DNA from: Naegleria gruberi
Taxonomy: Eukaryota
NCBI GenBank assembly: GCA_000004985.1
Contig: GG738845.1
Strand: one strand, 5' to 3'
Length of the DNA stretch: 64,000 bases
The position numbers and the translations under genes were made by a program. Shown one piece after another: positions 12,414-23,488 of this stretch. Below the pieces are notes generated by a model. The model did no database searches, was not told the DNA's origin, and saw only the letters and a list, made by a program, of their open reading frames with translations. Numbering within the stretch: the first letter of the stretch is position 1; each line of letters begins with the position of its first letter.

Positions 12414-14639
12414 ATGCCTAAACACAAACCTGGCACCGAAGCTTCTGATGAAAAATTTTCTTGTAAAGCATCGGAAGTTGTTGATCATCAAATAGCGCTT
12501 AAAAAAAAGAAAACATCTTTCAAATTTTCATTATTATTTTTGAGTGATTTGGCTTTGTTTTTTTCCATGATGTTGCATTTCATGATCTGCCCCTATACAA
12601 AAGTAGAGGAAAGCTTTAATACTCAAGCAGTTTTTGATATTTTGAAGAAAAGTAACACTCAAGATTTTGATCACATGTTCTTCCCGGGCGTTGTACCAAG
12701 AACTTTTATTGGAGCAAGCGTTGTCGCTACACTGGTTCAAATTGTTAAACCAATCCTTTTACCTATTTTTCAGATATTTTCAATTATGTCCTCAGATGCC
12801 CCTTCGGATTTATTATTAACTAGATTTATATTGGGATGTCTTTCGTTCAGTGGATATCAGTACTTCAAGACTGGAATCAAATCAAAATTTGGATTATCAA
12901 CAGCTCTATGCTTCAATATTATTAATTTAGTTCAGTTCCATTTATTATTTTACATGTCACGCCCATTGCCAAACACTTTTGCATTAGTATTAATATATTT
13001 TGCATTTGGGTTTTGGGTAAGGGATAAGGTCAAATCCATGTTTTTCTTGCTTGGTTTTACAGCTGTAATTTTTAGAAGTGATGTATTTGTATTGACAGCA
13101 CCTCTAGCCATCCTATGTCTTATTACTTTTCAAGTTAATTTATTCTCAGGAATATTAATGGGCTTGAGTTCAATAATTTGTGGTATTACATTTTCCATTT
13201 GTGTTGACTCTTTTTTTTGGAATAGATTTATTTGGCCTGAAGGAGAAGTGTTTCTATATAATACTATTGAAAATAAGAGTATTAATTGGGGCGCTATGCC
13301 CTATCATTGGTATTTTACATCGGCGCTGCCAAGATCTCTACTGTGTGCCATACTTTTTATTCCGTTCTCTATTAATGCCCTTAAAACAAGTGTCAGTAAC
13401 ATCAAAAAGAATAAGAAAATACTTCTATTAACCATGTTTTTAGGAGCACTGACATTTGTTGTACTTTATTCATTTCTTCCTCATAAGGAATTAAGATTCA
13501 TATTCTTTTCATTACCAATTTTTAATTTGGTTGGTGCTGTTGGATTATCATCATTATTGTGCGTACATAATCCTGGTTTTATAAGAATTGGTTTTTCTAC
13601 GATTCTATTGATAGGATCATTGCTCGCTAGCTCTCTCCTTCTTCATGTTAGCTCTTTGAATTACTTTGGGGCAAGCTCACTAACAAAATTACACAACTAT
13701 TTAGACAACAGAAACTCTACAACAACTGTACTCATCCACATGGATGCTCACGCTACAATGAATGGGGTTTCTCAATATTTATATCGTGATGAATACTCGT
13801 ATTCTAAACTAGAATTATTAGATAATGTTACCTCCAACACAATTCATATGGAAATGTTTACACATTTACTCTCGGGAGACGAAAGAATATTGCATAATAA
13901 GAATTTTAGACTAATTGGAAGACAGAGTGGATTCAAAGGCGTTAACTATAGGCAACTTCTTACCCCACTTGAATTCTCACCCTCTCAATTTATTAACGTG
14001 GAAAATAAGATTTATATTTTCGAACGCGTTAATCGACCTGAATACTTAGTACCCATAGTAAAATGGGCCCAAAGAAGAGACAAAATCCATCTCACAATAG
14101 AGTTATCAAATGTTTCTGATTTAAGTGTTCATCTCATAGATAGAGATGAACTTAGTTTCAGAGGAAAATCCAAAGAGAATTGGTATGCGTTTGACCTTAA
14201 ATTATTGGATGATGTTGGCAAAATGAGCTTTGAACCAGGAATAAGATGGCTTAAAATTACTTTACTGAAGAGAAAGCCATACTTTTGGACAAAACTGTCC
14301 AAAGAGACAACACCTTTCAAAAAAGATTGGGACAACTGGGTTGAAAGTGATAAGGAGGATTATAACCCTGCTCTTGCCCTTTCTTCTTTGGACCCCAAGA
14401 TTATTCAACAATGGTATACAGAAGGTCATGGAACTACTGAAACCACCATGCTTCAAAAATTCACTCAACTTGCTCACCTTTCCTACAATAATTCCCTCAT
14501 ACTGGTTTACCAATGTATCGAAAGAATTCACCACACTTTTTCTCCTCTTCAATTTTCAGGTTTGGTCTTATTTGCAATGGGTTTGCTGTTGTTAATGTTG
14601 CATGTATTAGGATCGTCCACAAAGCAAAAACAAGAATAG
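12414..14639 (+). CDS. ALG12: ALG12-like dolichyl-P-Man alpha-1,6-mannosyltransferase (GT22). It continues in-frame into a p23/Sba1-type CS domain and a C-terminal TM segment, giving 741 aa.
   Basis: The N-terminal ~535 aa (...CPYTKVEESFNTQAVFDIL...DHMFFPGVVPRTF...WPEGEVFLYNTIENKSINWG...LPHKELRF...) align along their length with human ALG12 (488 aa). Directly after ...IYIFERV the ORF continues NRPEYLVPIVKWAQRRDKIHLTIEL...FRGKS...YAFDLKLLDDV...WLKITLLKRKPYFWTKLSKE...KDWDNWVESDKEDYNP, a p23-like CS fold with the WAQR N-terminus. It ends with a hydrophobic helix FSGLVLFAMGLLLLMLHVLG. There is no stop and no ATG at the junction. Confidence 0.7.
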   Translation: MPKHKPGTEASDEKFSCKASEVVDHQIALKKKKTSFKFSLLFLSDLALFFSMMLHFMICPYTKVEESFNTQAVFDILKKSNTQDFDHMFFPGVVPRTFIGASVVATLVQIVKPILLPIFQIFSIMSSDAPSDLLLTRFILGCLSFSGYQYFKTGIKSKFGLSTALCFNIINLVQFHLLFYMSRPLPNTFALVLIYFAFGFWVRDKVKSMFFLLGFTAVIFRSDVFVLTAPLAILCLITFQVNLFSGILMGLSSIICGITFSICVDSFFWNRFIWPEGEVFLYNTIENKSINWGAMPYHWYFTSALPRSLLCAILFIPFSINALKTSVSNIKKNKKILLLTMFLGALTFVVLYSFLPHKELRFIFFSLPIFNLVGAVGLSSLLCVHNPGFIRIGFSTILLIGSLLASSLLLHVSSLNYFGASSLTKLHNYLDNRNSTTTVLIHMDAHATMNGVSQYLYRDEYSYSKLELLDNVTSNTIHMEMFTHLLSGDERILHNKNFRLIGRQSGFKGVNYRQLLTPLEFSPSQFINVENKIYIFERVNRPEYLVPIVKWAQRRDKIHLTIELSNVSDLSVHLIDRDELSFRGKSKENWYAFDLKLLDDVGKMSFEPGIRWLKITLLKRKPYFWTKLSKETTPFKKDWDNWVESDKEDYNPALALSSLDPKIIQQWYTEGHGTTETTMLQKFTQLAHLSYNNSLILVYQCIERIHHTFSPLQFSGLVLFAMGLLLLMLHVLGSSTKQKQE

Positions 14640-14668
14640 ACTAGGTATGAATATAAATTAAAATCTTA

Positions 14669-16627
14669 TTAGTGGATAAGTCTTTGAGATTCTTCAGAAT
14701 CTCTCTTGTAATCTCTGATACACAAATAAATGCCATATGATGAAAAAGTCAAAATGATTACAACCATAATGAATGCAATCAAGGCAAAAACTGCATAAAA
14801 TACATCAGTAAGAATAATGGCAAGTTGTTCATTGATAGGTTCACAATCAATTTGCCAGAAGCCAGTTGCAACATTTCTGAATTTGTCGTCAGTAACAACT
14901 TTTGGTGGAGGTGTTGTTGGACCGTGCATACTGAGAGCAGCATTTAGTATTTCAACATTTCCACTATTTTTCTTTCCAAAAGTTTCATCAACAACAGCTC
15001 TACGAAGAACCTTAACTTGATTAGAGTTTTCATAAGCAACTTGCATCTTGTAAAGATTAGTAATTTCAGTAGCATTAACTTGAGACAAGACAAGTCTACC
15101 ATTTGTCAACCATGGTTGGTTGAAGTCAGTAACATAACCACCAACAGTAAACTTGTTTGTTGATTGGTCAATCGAGAATGAAACGGCATTTGCAATAAAT
15201 CTCAATTGAGATTCATTTTGAGTGATGAAAACCATATCACGCTTAATAAACATATCAGAAAAGTATCCTGATTGAGCCACAACTCCTTTAGAAACGAAAG
15301 TATAGAATGGAATGACATTCTTATATTGTTCAATTGTAGACTCGTAAGTGATGTCTTCTGTATTACCAACAACGACAATATTTTCACCACGAACATCAAA
15401 ATCGGTGGCATAGTTGACTGAGGTCTTGATCAAATTCTTACCGAGATTAATTGATTTAACAACTTGTCCAGTACTAATTTGGACAATGATCAAGAATGGT
15501 GTGATAGCTTGGGATTGTTCAAAATCGAGGGTTGTTTGATGGAAAGCTTCAAATCCCTTTTGTTGTTCACGGCTCAAAGACACTAAAAAGTAGGCAACAG
15601 ATCCATCAATAATCATTTTAGCACCCAATGGTAATGAGTTTGTTGATTCAACTCTTGGAACAATAACTTTAGCAAACTTTTGGGTTAAGGTAGCCTTTGG
15701 TGAAATACCTGATACAGGGGTGGTGGTAGAAACACTGAATCCAATTAATTTCACACTTCCCTGATTCAATAAACTTAAAGTACAGTCAAAAGTAAGCTTG
15801 GAACCAACTTCATCAGGATTTTCAACAACAAGATTGGAAATTCTAACATTGATAACCTTTTGCAAGCTTGTAGAGTCTTCAAGAGAAGGAATAGAGTCAA
15901 TATCGACAGATGGTGTTTGAACTCCAATGACAGTACCATTAACATCATAAATAGGTTCATTTTTGATGAATTCTGATGGGAAAACATAAGTAAAAGCCCC
16001 AAGAGTGTCATTATAATTAATGGTAGGGATGGAGGTTGAGTTAGCATCTAAAATTCCAAATCCAAATGCATTACCAGAAATGAAAGGAACAACTGAAATA
16101 AATGCTGTATGATTGATCTTTTGATACTTAATTTCATCACCAACAAAAATATTTTCACTATTAGAAAGAACCTTGTTTGTATCGATTTTCACAGTTTGAA
16201 CTGATGGTCTAAATGCCATTGTTTCAATATCACTCTTATATTTATAGTCTGTTGGAACAGACAAACTGTAAAAAGTACTAATTGGATTAGAAATTCCAAT
16301 ATAAGTAACTTCAGGGAATGGGAAAAGAGTTTGGTTTGCGATTTTCTTCGTAACACTATCGGATTGGAGTAATGTCAAAAATACACTACTTGTTGCATTA
16401 CTAAAAGTCATGGTATCATAATTAGCAACCTTTTGTGCTCTACTCACAAAAGTAGTGAAATATTGATTAATAGGTTGTTGATCAACAATGTATTGAATAT
16501 AGTCCCTCTCTTGCACATCTTCAGCAACAGCGTTCAAATTTGAACAGGTTTGAATGCCACCACTAACTACCATCACCAAACTGCTCACCAACAAGCAACA
16601 TACAATCCCAAAAGTTAGTCTTTTCAT
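14669..16627 (-). CDS. Hypothetical type-I membrane glycoprotein: signal peptide, a large ectodomain with many N-x-S/T sites, and a TM helix near the C-terminus. 652 aa.
   Basis: The N-terminus MKRLTFGIVCCLLVSSLVMVVSGG is signal-like. The C-terminus ...LAIILTDVFYAVFALIAFIMVVIILTF is a TM helix followed by a short cytoplasmic tail. It is a single long ORF with no recognisable domain. Confidence 0.45.
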   Translation of the reverse strand: MKRLTFGIVCCLLVSSLVMVVSGGIQTCSNLNAVAEDVQERDYIQYIVDQQPINQYFTTFVSRAQKVANYDTMTFSNATSSVFLTLLQSDSVTKKIANQTLFPFPEVTYIGISNPISTFYSLSVPTDYKYKSDIETMAFRPSVQTVKIDTNKVLSNSENIFVGDEIKYQKINHTAFISVVPFISGNAFGFGILDANSTSIPTINYNDTLGAFTYVFPSEFIKNEPIYDVNGTVIGVQTPSVDIDSIPSLEDSTSLQKVINVRISNLVVENPDEVGSKLTFDCTLSLLNQGSVKLIGFSVSTTTPVSGISPKATLTQKFAKVIVPRVESTNSLPLGAKMIIDGSVAYFLVSLSREQQKGFEAFHQTTLDFEQSQAITPFLIIVQISTGQVVKSINLGKNLIKTSVNYATDFDVRGENIVVVGNTEDITYESTIEQYKNVIPFYTFVSKGVVAQSGYFSDMFIKRDMVFITQNESQLRFIANAVSFSIDQSTNKFTVGGYVTDFNQPWLTNGRLVLSQVNATEITNLYKMQVAYENSNQVKVLRRAVVDETFGKKNSGNVEILNAALSMHGPTTPPPKVVTDDKFRNVATGFWQIDCEPINEQLAIILTDVFYAVFALIAFIMVVIILTFSSYGIYLCIRDYKRDSEESQRLIH

Positions 16628-16803
16628 TTTTTTCTTTCAAGAGAATAATAAAATAAAAAAATTTGAATAACAATTACATCCGGTACCTGTTAATTTGAAA
16701 ATTAATTACTACACCATACTGAGCATTTGATACTCTGTAATATTGCTTTGGCTCTCAAAGTCTTGTTAATGTACATTAAATATTTGAAGTAAAAGTAAAA
16801 AAA

Positions 16804-17667
16804 ATGCGCAACGTTATTCAAACCCCAACCTTCTCTATTACCGAAATCATTAGTGACAGCGAAGAAGAAGCTGAAAAGGAAGATTTCATCAAGCAAAAAC
16901 AATTAGAAGAGGAAAGAATAAGTCAACTCTTGGAAGATTCTAAAAAGAAGAGGAAAAGGAAAACAAATGATGAAGAAAATTCGAAAAAGAAAAGCAAATT
17001 ACCTTCTCTGAATATTATGGACAATTTTGATGAAGAGGTTAAACCAGGTCAAGTTAAAATTTCAAAACCTTTTGATTATGAAGCACTTAAACAATCGGAG
17101 CAATCAAGAGGAGTAGTTTATATATCAACAGATTTCCCAAAAAATCAATGTCCTCCAACACTCAAAGATGACAGGTCCTTGAAGAGAATGTTAAGTGAAT
17201 TTGGAGAAGTATCAAGAGTTGAATCAAAATATGAAAAACGTGGATTAAAAAAGTTCAGAATAGGATACTTTGCTGAGTTCGCTGACAAAAACACAGCAAA
17301 AAAAGTTGCAATCACACTCAATGGTAGTCCAGTTTCCAGGAGTGATAGTAGAGTATATAATGTCAAGTTTATGCCAAACTTTGAGTGGAGTGAAGTTGGA
17401 GAGGATGAAGAATTACAGAAAATGAAAAGAAAATTGTTGAAAGCTGAAGTTCAAAAGGAATTGAAAACAATTAAAGAATTTAAAAAGAACAAGAAATGGT
17501 CTGAGTCCATTAAACAAAACAAAACATCGCAACCACAGTCAAACTTTAGATTTAATCAAAAAGGATTCATACGTCACGAACACACGGACACAACTCATAT
17601 TGATACTCTTAATATCTTTACAAGTAAGGATAGTCAGGAAAAAAAACTTCAATCCAACAATAAATAA
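16804..17667 (+). CDS. ESF2: ESF2/ABT1 family nucleolar pre-rRNA processing protein (RRM-like).
   Basis: RGVVYISTDFP...LKRMLSEFGEVSRVE...GYFAEFADKNTAKKVAITLNGSPV...YNVKFMPNFEWSEV matches the ABT1/Esf2 pattern (G.VY...LLS.[YF]GEV.RV ... W.EF.DK..AK.VA). Confidence 0.7.
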   Translation: MRNVIQTPTFSITEIISDSEEEAEKEDFIKQKQLEEERISQLLEDSKKKRKRKTNDEENSKKKSKLPSLNIMDNFDEEVKPGQVKISKPFDYEALKQSEQSRGVVYISTDFPKNQCPPTLKDDRSLKRMLSEFGEVSRVESKYEKRGLKKFRIGYFAEFADKNTAKKVAITLNGSPVSRSDSRVYNVKFMPNFEWSEVGEDEELQKMKRKLLKAEVQKELKTIKEFKKNKKWSESIKQNKTSQPQSNFRFNQKGFIRHEHTDTTHIDTLNIFTSKDSQEKKLQSNNK

Positions 17668-17682
17668 TCTCATTTCAAAAAA

Positions 17683-20569
17683 ATGATAAAATATTTAAAT
17701 CGGAAAGGGTCGAACCCATTCACCACAACATTTAGAAATTGTACATTATCATCAAGACAGAATGAATGTGCGGAAAAGTATTTTTCTATAGAGGAAAATA
17801 TTCATAAAGTAATAGAAAATAATAATTTTTGCAGCAATATGTTTAATCAAAAAGAATTTGGAATTAATTCATTTTCAAAAAAGCATTCACGAAATTTACT
17901 TCTAATTTATGGGTGCAACAACAACAATAACCTTTTCTACACTCAAAACAAAAACCGAAAGTCACACCAAGCACAACATCACCGAAACTTTTCCCAAAAC
18001 CTCGTTTTAAAAAATATGCACACTTTCTACGAAATTCTTCAAACCCCAAATCGTGAAGGAGAGACAACAATTGTATTCTTTACGAATGGTAAAAGGTAAG
18101 TTAACAATAACTCTAAATTATTAAAATTCAAATTAGATATCTATTTAATGCCTCCGAGAATCTTCATAGATTTTGTACAGAATGCGGGGTGCGTGTATTC
18201 AGTGGTTTAGAACATATTTTCATTCCTCATATTTCTCCGTCATATTTGGGTGGTTTACCAGGAGCAATAATTACAGCTTCTGAAACGAGTACAACGAACA
18301 AATTTCATCTTTACGGACCCCCAAATTTATGGCATTATTTGACATCTTTAAGACAGTTTGTCAAAACTCCAATTTCCTTCAAAATAATGTTAAATATTAT
18401 GATGGAACATCAGGTTGAAGAAGATTACTTAATGCATAAGGATGAGAATATTTCAGTTAGAGGAATTTTATTAAAGAGTGAAAATACATCCAGAAGGGAA
18501 GACTACCACAAATTATTACCCTATTGTGACTTTGGAGGTCCATTTGCATTAAGAAATTCATCAGGAACCTTCATAAAACAGAGTCATGAAAAAGGAATGG
18601 CATGGGATTTTCTCTTTCAAAATAAGAATAGAAAGTCTCAAGATTTATCGCCATCCAAGAAGAAATTGAAGAAAGAGCCAGAAGAATTTTATTATAGTTT
18701 CAAAAATAGGCTCAATATTCAACCAATAGGTGAACTTAATGCCAATCAAGGACATGTAGACACATTAAGAGAAATGTTAAAATATATCAATCCAACTCTT
18801 AATGATTATTGTATGTGCTATGTTTGCAAGACTGCAGATGTACCAGGAAAATTTGACAGTAATAAGGCTACAGAACTTGGAGTATTTGGAATGATGAGAG
18901 GAAAACTTGCAAGAGGAGAAACCATTGTAGTTAATGGAGTAACTATTAAACCAGAAGATGTAATTGATCCTCCAACTCCTGGTTCAGAAGTTTTGATTAT
19001 CAATTGTCCAAACGAAAGCTATCTTAAGAGTCTTGTCACTCACAAACAATTTGAAAAGTATTACTCAAAGGCTGAATCTGTTATTCATTGTGTCTCTCAT
19101 GAAATTCTTGTATCACCACAATATCAAGAGTTTATGAAAAGATTTTCTCCAGATTGTGATCATGTTATTGTAAATGAAGATTCCTCAAAACCTGCTTCCT
19201 CATTTGTATCCTCATGTACCAATATTGTAGAGTTCAGTCTAGTAGATAAGGATCTTTTTACATTATGTTTAAATCCAAATCATAACCAACATTCTGAAAC
19301 TCATCAAAAAACATTGAAATCTCTCCATTCAAATTCAAAAATTACATATGGAGAAAGTCTAATGAAATATGTATTGATACCTACCCGTAATAAGGGTTTC
19401 GATTTTACCAAAGTACCTTACATACGTGAAATTGTGCCATCATCTGTTGAAAGCAACTTTTATCAAAGCTACCCAACAATTGCTAAATATTTGAGGGAGT
19501 ATTTAGACAAATTCAATGACTACGAGTATGCTTTGAATGAAACCCACCCACAAGCAAAAATTTTACAACAATGTGGTGATCAAGAGTTTGAAATTATCTT
19601 TTTGGGTACTGGTTCTTCTGTCCCATCCAAATATAGAAATGGTAAGTAACTAATCCCATTCCACCAAAATTTACTCTTGTTATTATAGTCACTGGAATCT
19701 TGTTGAATTTATTTGATAAAGGAGCAATTCTTTTTGATTGTGGTGAAGGCACGTTATCACAACTCTATAGAGCTTGTGGGAAAGAAAGAGCCGAAACTAT
19801 TCTCAAAAATTTGAAATGCATTTGGATTTCACACTTACACGCTGATCACCATCTAGGACTTGCTTACTTGTTGGAAAAGCGTTCCAAATTAACCTCTGAA
19901 GATGTTGTTATTGTTGGGCAGGGACGTATCAAAGAGGCATTGAGCGAATATTTAGTTTGTTCAAGTGATACCAAATTTAATTTTGACTTTATACCTATGC
20001 AAACTCTGGAACCAGAAAGATATTGCCCAGAAAAAATTCTTCTCGATAGAGTTATTAATCCACTGGGACTTAAATCATTTATCAATGTTCCTGTTGACCA
20101 TACCTGTGCTGAGGCATATGGTATTGTAATAACTCATCAAAATGGATGGAAGGTTGTGTTTTCAGGTGACACTAGACCTTGTTCCCGTTTAATTAAGGCT
20201 GGAAAGGATTGTACTGTCTTGATTCATGAAGCAACATTCGAAGCTTCAATGATTAAAGATGCCATTTCCAAGAAGCACACATGTTCATTTGAAGCAATTG
20301 CTGTAGGAGAGCAAATGAATGCTTACAGAACTATTCTTACTCACTTTTCACAAAGATATTGTAAATTCCCAATCGTAGACTCTCAAAAAACCGACTATGC
20401 TTTGAGAAATGTTGCTGTGGCCCACGATTTGATGAGACTTAATGCTAAAAAGTTAATTCCAATACCAAAGGTAATGCAAGTTTTAAAGCATTTCTGGACC
20501 ATTATCGAAATGGATACACAAAGTTATGCATTTGATTTTGATGAAACAGAAGACGAAGAAAAGAAATAA
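17683..20569 (+). CDS. ELAC2: tRNase Z, long form (ELAC2/Trz1). Three exons, with introns at 18096..18136 (41 nt) and 19642..19688 (47 nt). The true start may be the downstream ATG at 18016.
   Basis: Exon joins give ...TTIVFFTNGKR|YLFNASENLHRFCTECGVRVFSGLEHIF... and ...FLGTGSSVPSKYRN|VTGILLNLFDKGAILFDCGEGT...WISHLHADHHLGL..., i.e. the two metallo-beta-lactamase halves with the His motif. Donors are GTAAGT. Confidence 0.85.
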
Positions 20570-20639
20570 ACCATAAAACTTGCTCTTCATTTCCTTCTTC
20601 AAATAAAAAATTAACCAAATTTCTCTAATTAAAAAAATA

Positions 20640-21302
20640 ATGCCACTCATCAAGAAGAAAACCCTGCAAAGTGCTGCAGATAAGAAGGATGAAAATGTTA
20701 AACATAAATCAAATAGTAAAATGATTCCGAAAATTCATGATAGTGATGATGAAGTACCAGAGATGAGTCAATCAACAAAGGCCAAGTTAGCTGTTGCCGA
20801 ACTTGCCAAGCAGGAATTAAAGAAAGAATCAGCAAAGAACAAGAAGATACAAAAGATTGCTAAAAAATCAAACAAACGAAAAGTGGAAGAAGTTGATGAG
20901 CAATCGGATAATAAGAAACAAAAGAAACTTCTCGATGTATCTGTGTTGGACTTTTTGGTGGAAGAAGACAATAAGAAGAATGAACCTATCCAAAACGAAA
21001 AACCACAAATACAAGCAACTTTAGAAACAGCCGCACCAACAAAATCGAGGTCGAAACGTTTTGTTGAATTGGGATTGGAGGCAAGAATTGCTAAAGAAAA
21101 GGTTGACCCATTTACAGTCAAGACAGAAGTAGACCCATCTGTGTTACAATTTTTACATTTAGAATTCTACAAGAAGAATCACAGAAAGGATACTGCCAAA
21201 TTTTTGGATGCAAAGAGAAGTACTATTGTTCCAGCCTCTGACTTTTTTGGAGAACAAAAATGGCCAATAGATCAAGTATTCTTAAACCCTTACGATTTTT
21301 AA
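20640..21302 (+). CDS. Hypothetical Lys-rich basic protein (220 aa), possibly nucleolar.
   Basis: ATG is preceded by aaaaaat. The sequence is charged and K-rich, with no recognisable domain. Confidence 0.4.
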   Translation: MPLIKKKTLQSAADKKDENVKHKSNSKMIPKIHDSDDEVPEMSQSTKAKLAVAELAKQELKKESAKNKKIQKIAKKSNKRKVEEVDEQSDNKKQKKLLDVSVLDFLVEEDNKKNEPIQNEKPQIQATLETAAPTKSRSKRFVELGLEARIAKEKVDPFTVKTEVDPSVLQFLHLEFYKKNHRKDTAKFLDAKRSTIVPASDFFGEQKWPIDQVFLNPYDF

Positions 21303-21410
21303 TAATATTTATTGCCCTAATAATTTTTAAATTTATTTTTTTGCAATACTTTCGTTTGAAGGAATGATCAAGCTAAAAATAAATCTTTATAAAAAATACA
21401 TACAAAAAAA

Positions 21411-22166
21411 ATGTTCTTAATGAGATCCGAATATGACCGTGGTGTTAATACATTCAACCCACAAGGTCGTCTTTTCCAAGTTGAATATGCCATCGAGGCT
21501 ATCAAACTCGGTTCAACAGCTGTAGGAATTCAAACACCTGACGGAGTTGTTTTGGCTGTAGAAAAACGTTTAACTTCCTCTCTTTTGGAACCATCATCTG
21601 TTGAAAAGATTATGGAAATTGATTCTCATATTGGATGTGCCATGTCTGGTTTAACAGCTGATGCTCGTACACTTGTTGAACATGCTCGTGTTGAAACTCA
21701 ACAACATCGTTTTACATACAATGAACCAATGGGTGTTGAATCTTGTACCCAAGCTGTTTGTGATCTTGCTCTTCGTTTCGGTGAAAATGGGGATGACTCT
21801 GATGATGAGGATTCTGGTGCTGGAATGAGTAGACCATTCGGTGTTGCCTTGCTGATTGCAGGTATCGATGAAAATGGTCCAAGCTTGTATCATACTGATC
21901 CGAGTGGTACTTTTACGAGATATGAAGCCAAAGCAATCGGAGCAGGTTCTGAAGGTGCTCAAACAACTCTCCAAGAAGAATACAACAAATCAATGTTCCT
22001 TGAACAAGCAGAAAATTTAGCCATTTCCATTTTAAAACAAGCTATGGAAGAAAAGGTAAACTCCTCTAATGTTGAAATTGCAAGCATTACTGTTAGTAAT
22101 CCTGTCTTTACTGTTTACTCCAAAGAAAAGTTAGAGGAAATAATCAATAGAGTTGCCAACAAGTAA
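21411..22166 (+). CDS. PSMA5: 20S proteasome subunit alpha type-5.
   Basis: [42 protein letters not shown]...[23 protein letters not shown]... is near-identical in pattern to PSMA5/Pup2. Confidence 0.9.
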   Translation: MFLMRSEYDRGVNTFNPQGRLFQVEYAIEAIKLGSTAVGIQTPDGVVLAVEKRLTSSLLEPSSVEKIMEIDSHIGCAMSGLTADARTLVEHARVETQQHRFTYNEPMGVESCTQAVCDLALRFGENGDDSDDEDSGAGMSRPFGVALLIAGIDENGPSLYHTDPSGTFTRYEAKAIGAGSEGAQTTLQEEYNKSMFLEQAENLAISILKQAMEEKVNSSNVEIASITVSNPVFTVYSKEKLEEIINRVANK

Positions 22167-22301
22167 TTTCTGACACTGATGTAAAATTGTATAATCTACC
22201 ACCCATCCCAATATTTCCCAATTCCCAAAAAACCTATTAAAAGCATTGTATTTTATTTTTGTAAATATTCCTTTATTGGTTATGTTTATTCTTGGAACAC
22301 T

Positions 22302-23441
22302 TTACTCTTCAGCCTTAATATCATCAGTTCCTTTGATATCGACAAATCGTTGTTCAATTATCTTGTGAATATCATAACCACTGACGAACTTGTCAATTGT
22401 ATTGGCAATTTGTTCAGCATATTTCTCATCAAAAAGCATATTATAGTGATTAGAACCATTGACAGTGATTACTGATTTGGTGTTGAGAGTTGTTTCCATA
22501 GATTTGAGAACCTTGGTATCAATAATTGGCTTCTTATCGCCATCCTTCAAACCATGCTCAGAACGAATTAAAGCGATTGGATGTCTTAAACGAATTAATT
22601 CTTCCAATGAAGGTGCATAGTCTTCCAATGATCTCAAATCCTTTGTGGCAGCTAATCTTACATCATCATTATTTTGACTCTTTGAAAATTCAACAAATGA
22701 TTTAAAATCAATGTTTTCACTATTAACAGCACCTTGAAGGAATAGAGCCTCGTTTGGAGAAGCGAATGTAGATGCTATCTTTTCGTGCAATTGAGTAACA
22801 TCAGCCATTGAAGCCTTGTTGATAGGGTATCCACCATTAATTAAAACAGCACCACTAATACGGTCTGGACATTTGTTCATTAACATATATGCAATATTTG
22901 CTCCAAAACCATGACCAACAACAAAGGCTCTTGGTAATCCGTAGTATGTCAACAATCTAACAAAATCTAAAGCATGATTAACCAAGTTCAAAGAACCTGA
23001 TGTTTTTTCCTTTTCCTCTTGTGTATTGTATAATTGGTTCAAATCGGTAACTTGGGTTTTACCTCTTCCCTTCAAATCCATAGTAACTATACCATATGGG
23101 TAGTTAAGTTTACGGGCAATTGTTGAGAAAACTTTTGAATTTGTTGTATAGTCATGAATAAAGACGATTGGATTTGGTGGTTTCTTTGACTTTCCTAAAC
23201 CATTGAAACTTAAAGAAGAAATTTCGTAAGGATGTTGGGCGTGTCTTTTTGGTATGTTATGTTCAATCCAAGGAAAAGCCTCATCAGGATTCAAAGTCTT
23301 CAAGTCTTCATATACGGAAGCTTCACTCTTGGTTGATGTGTGGAACAAACATGAAATTTTTCTAGCGGTGCTAGATGAGGTGCTAGAGTTGGTTTTTACT
23401 GATGAACGAAGGACTTTTTTAAGCATTTTTTTCCAATTCAT
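22302..23441 (-). CDS. Alpha/beta-hydrolase fold protein, ABHD11-like, with a presequence-like N-terminus. The nucleophile elbow reads G-H-G-F-G, so Ser is replaced by Gly.
   Basis: IVFIHDYTTNSKVF...VVGHGFGANIAYMLMNKCPDRISGAVLINGG...GSNHYNML follows the ABHD11 layout. The codons gtt ggt cat ggt ttt gga were read directly on the minus strand (plus 22896..22913). Confidence 0.6.
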   Translation of the reverse strand: MNWKKMLKKVLRSSVKTNSSTSSSTARKISCLFHTSTKSEASVYEDLKTLNPDEAFPWIEHNIPKRHAQHPYEISSLSFNGLGKSKKPPNPIVFIHDYTTNSKVFSTIARKLNYPYGIVTMDLKGRGKTQVTDLNQLYNTQEEKEKTSGSLNLVNHALDFVRLLTYYGLPRAFVVGHGFGANIAYMLMNKCPDRISGAVLINGGYPINKASMADVTQLHEKIASTFASPNEALFLQGAVNSENIDFKSFVEFSKSQNNDDVRLAATKDLRSLEDYAPSLEELIRLRHPIALIRSEHGLKDGDKKPIIDTKVLKSMETTLNTKSVITVNGSNHYNMLFDEKYAEQIANTIDKFVSGYDIHKIIEQRFVDIKGTDDIKAEE

Positions 23442-23488
23442 AAAAAATAAATAATTAAAAAATAATTAAAAGTTTCGTAATTATTTTA

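Noticed and set aside
12414-14639. Alternative reading of the ALG12-p23 ORF as two adjacent genes
   Set aside because: This is not fully rejected. No stop codon, start codon or GT..AG pair separates the two parts, and the linker is only ~7 residues. The fusion reading is therefore kept as the primary call and flagged for transcript verification.
20768-21121. Antisense ORFs inside annotated genes (e.g. 20768..21121, 44593..44895, 44983..45348, 46418..46753, 48649..49023, 55753..56175, 32905..33222)
   Set aside because: They are all low-complexity (S/F/L/I-rich) translations of the opposite strand of Lys/Glu-rich coding regions. They have no independent start context or homology.
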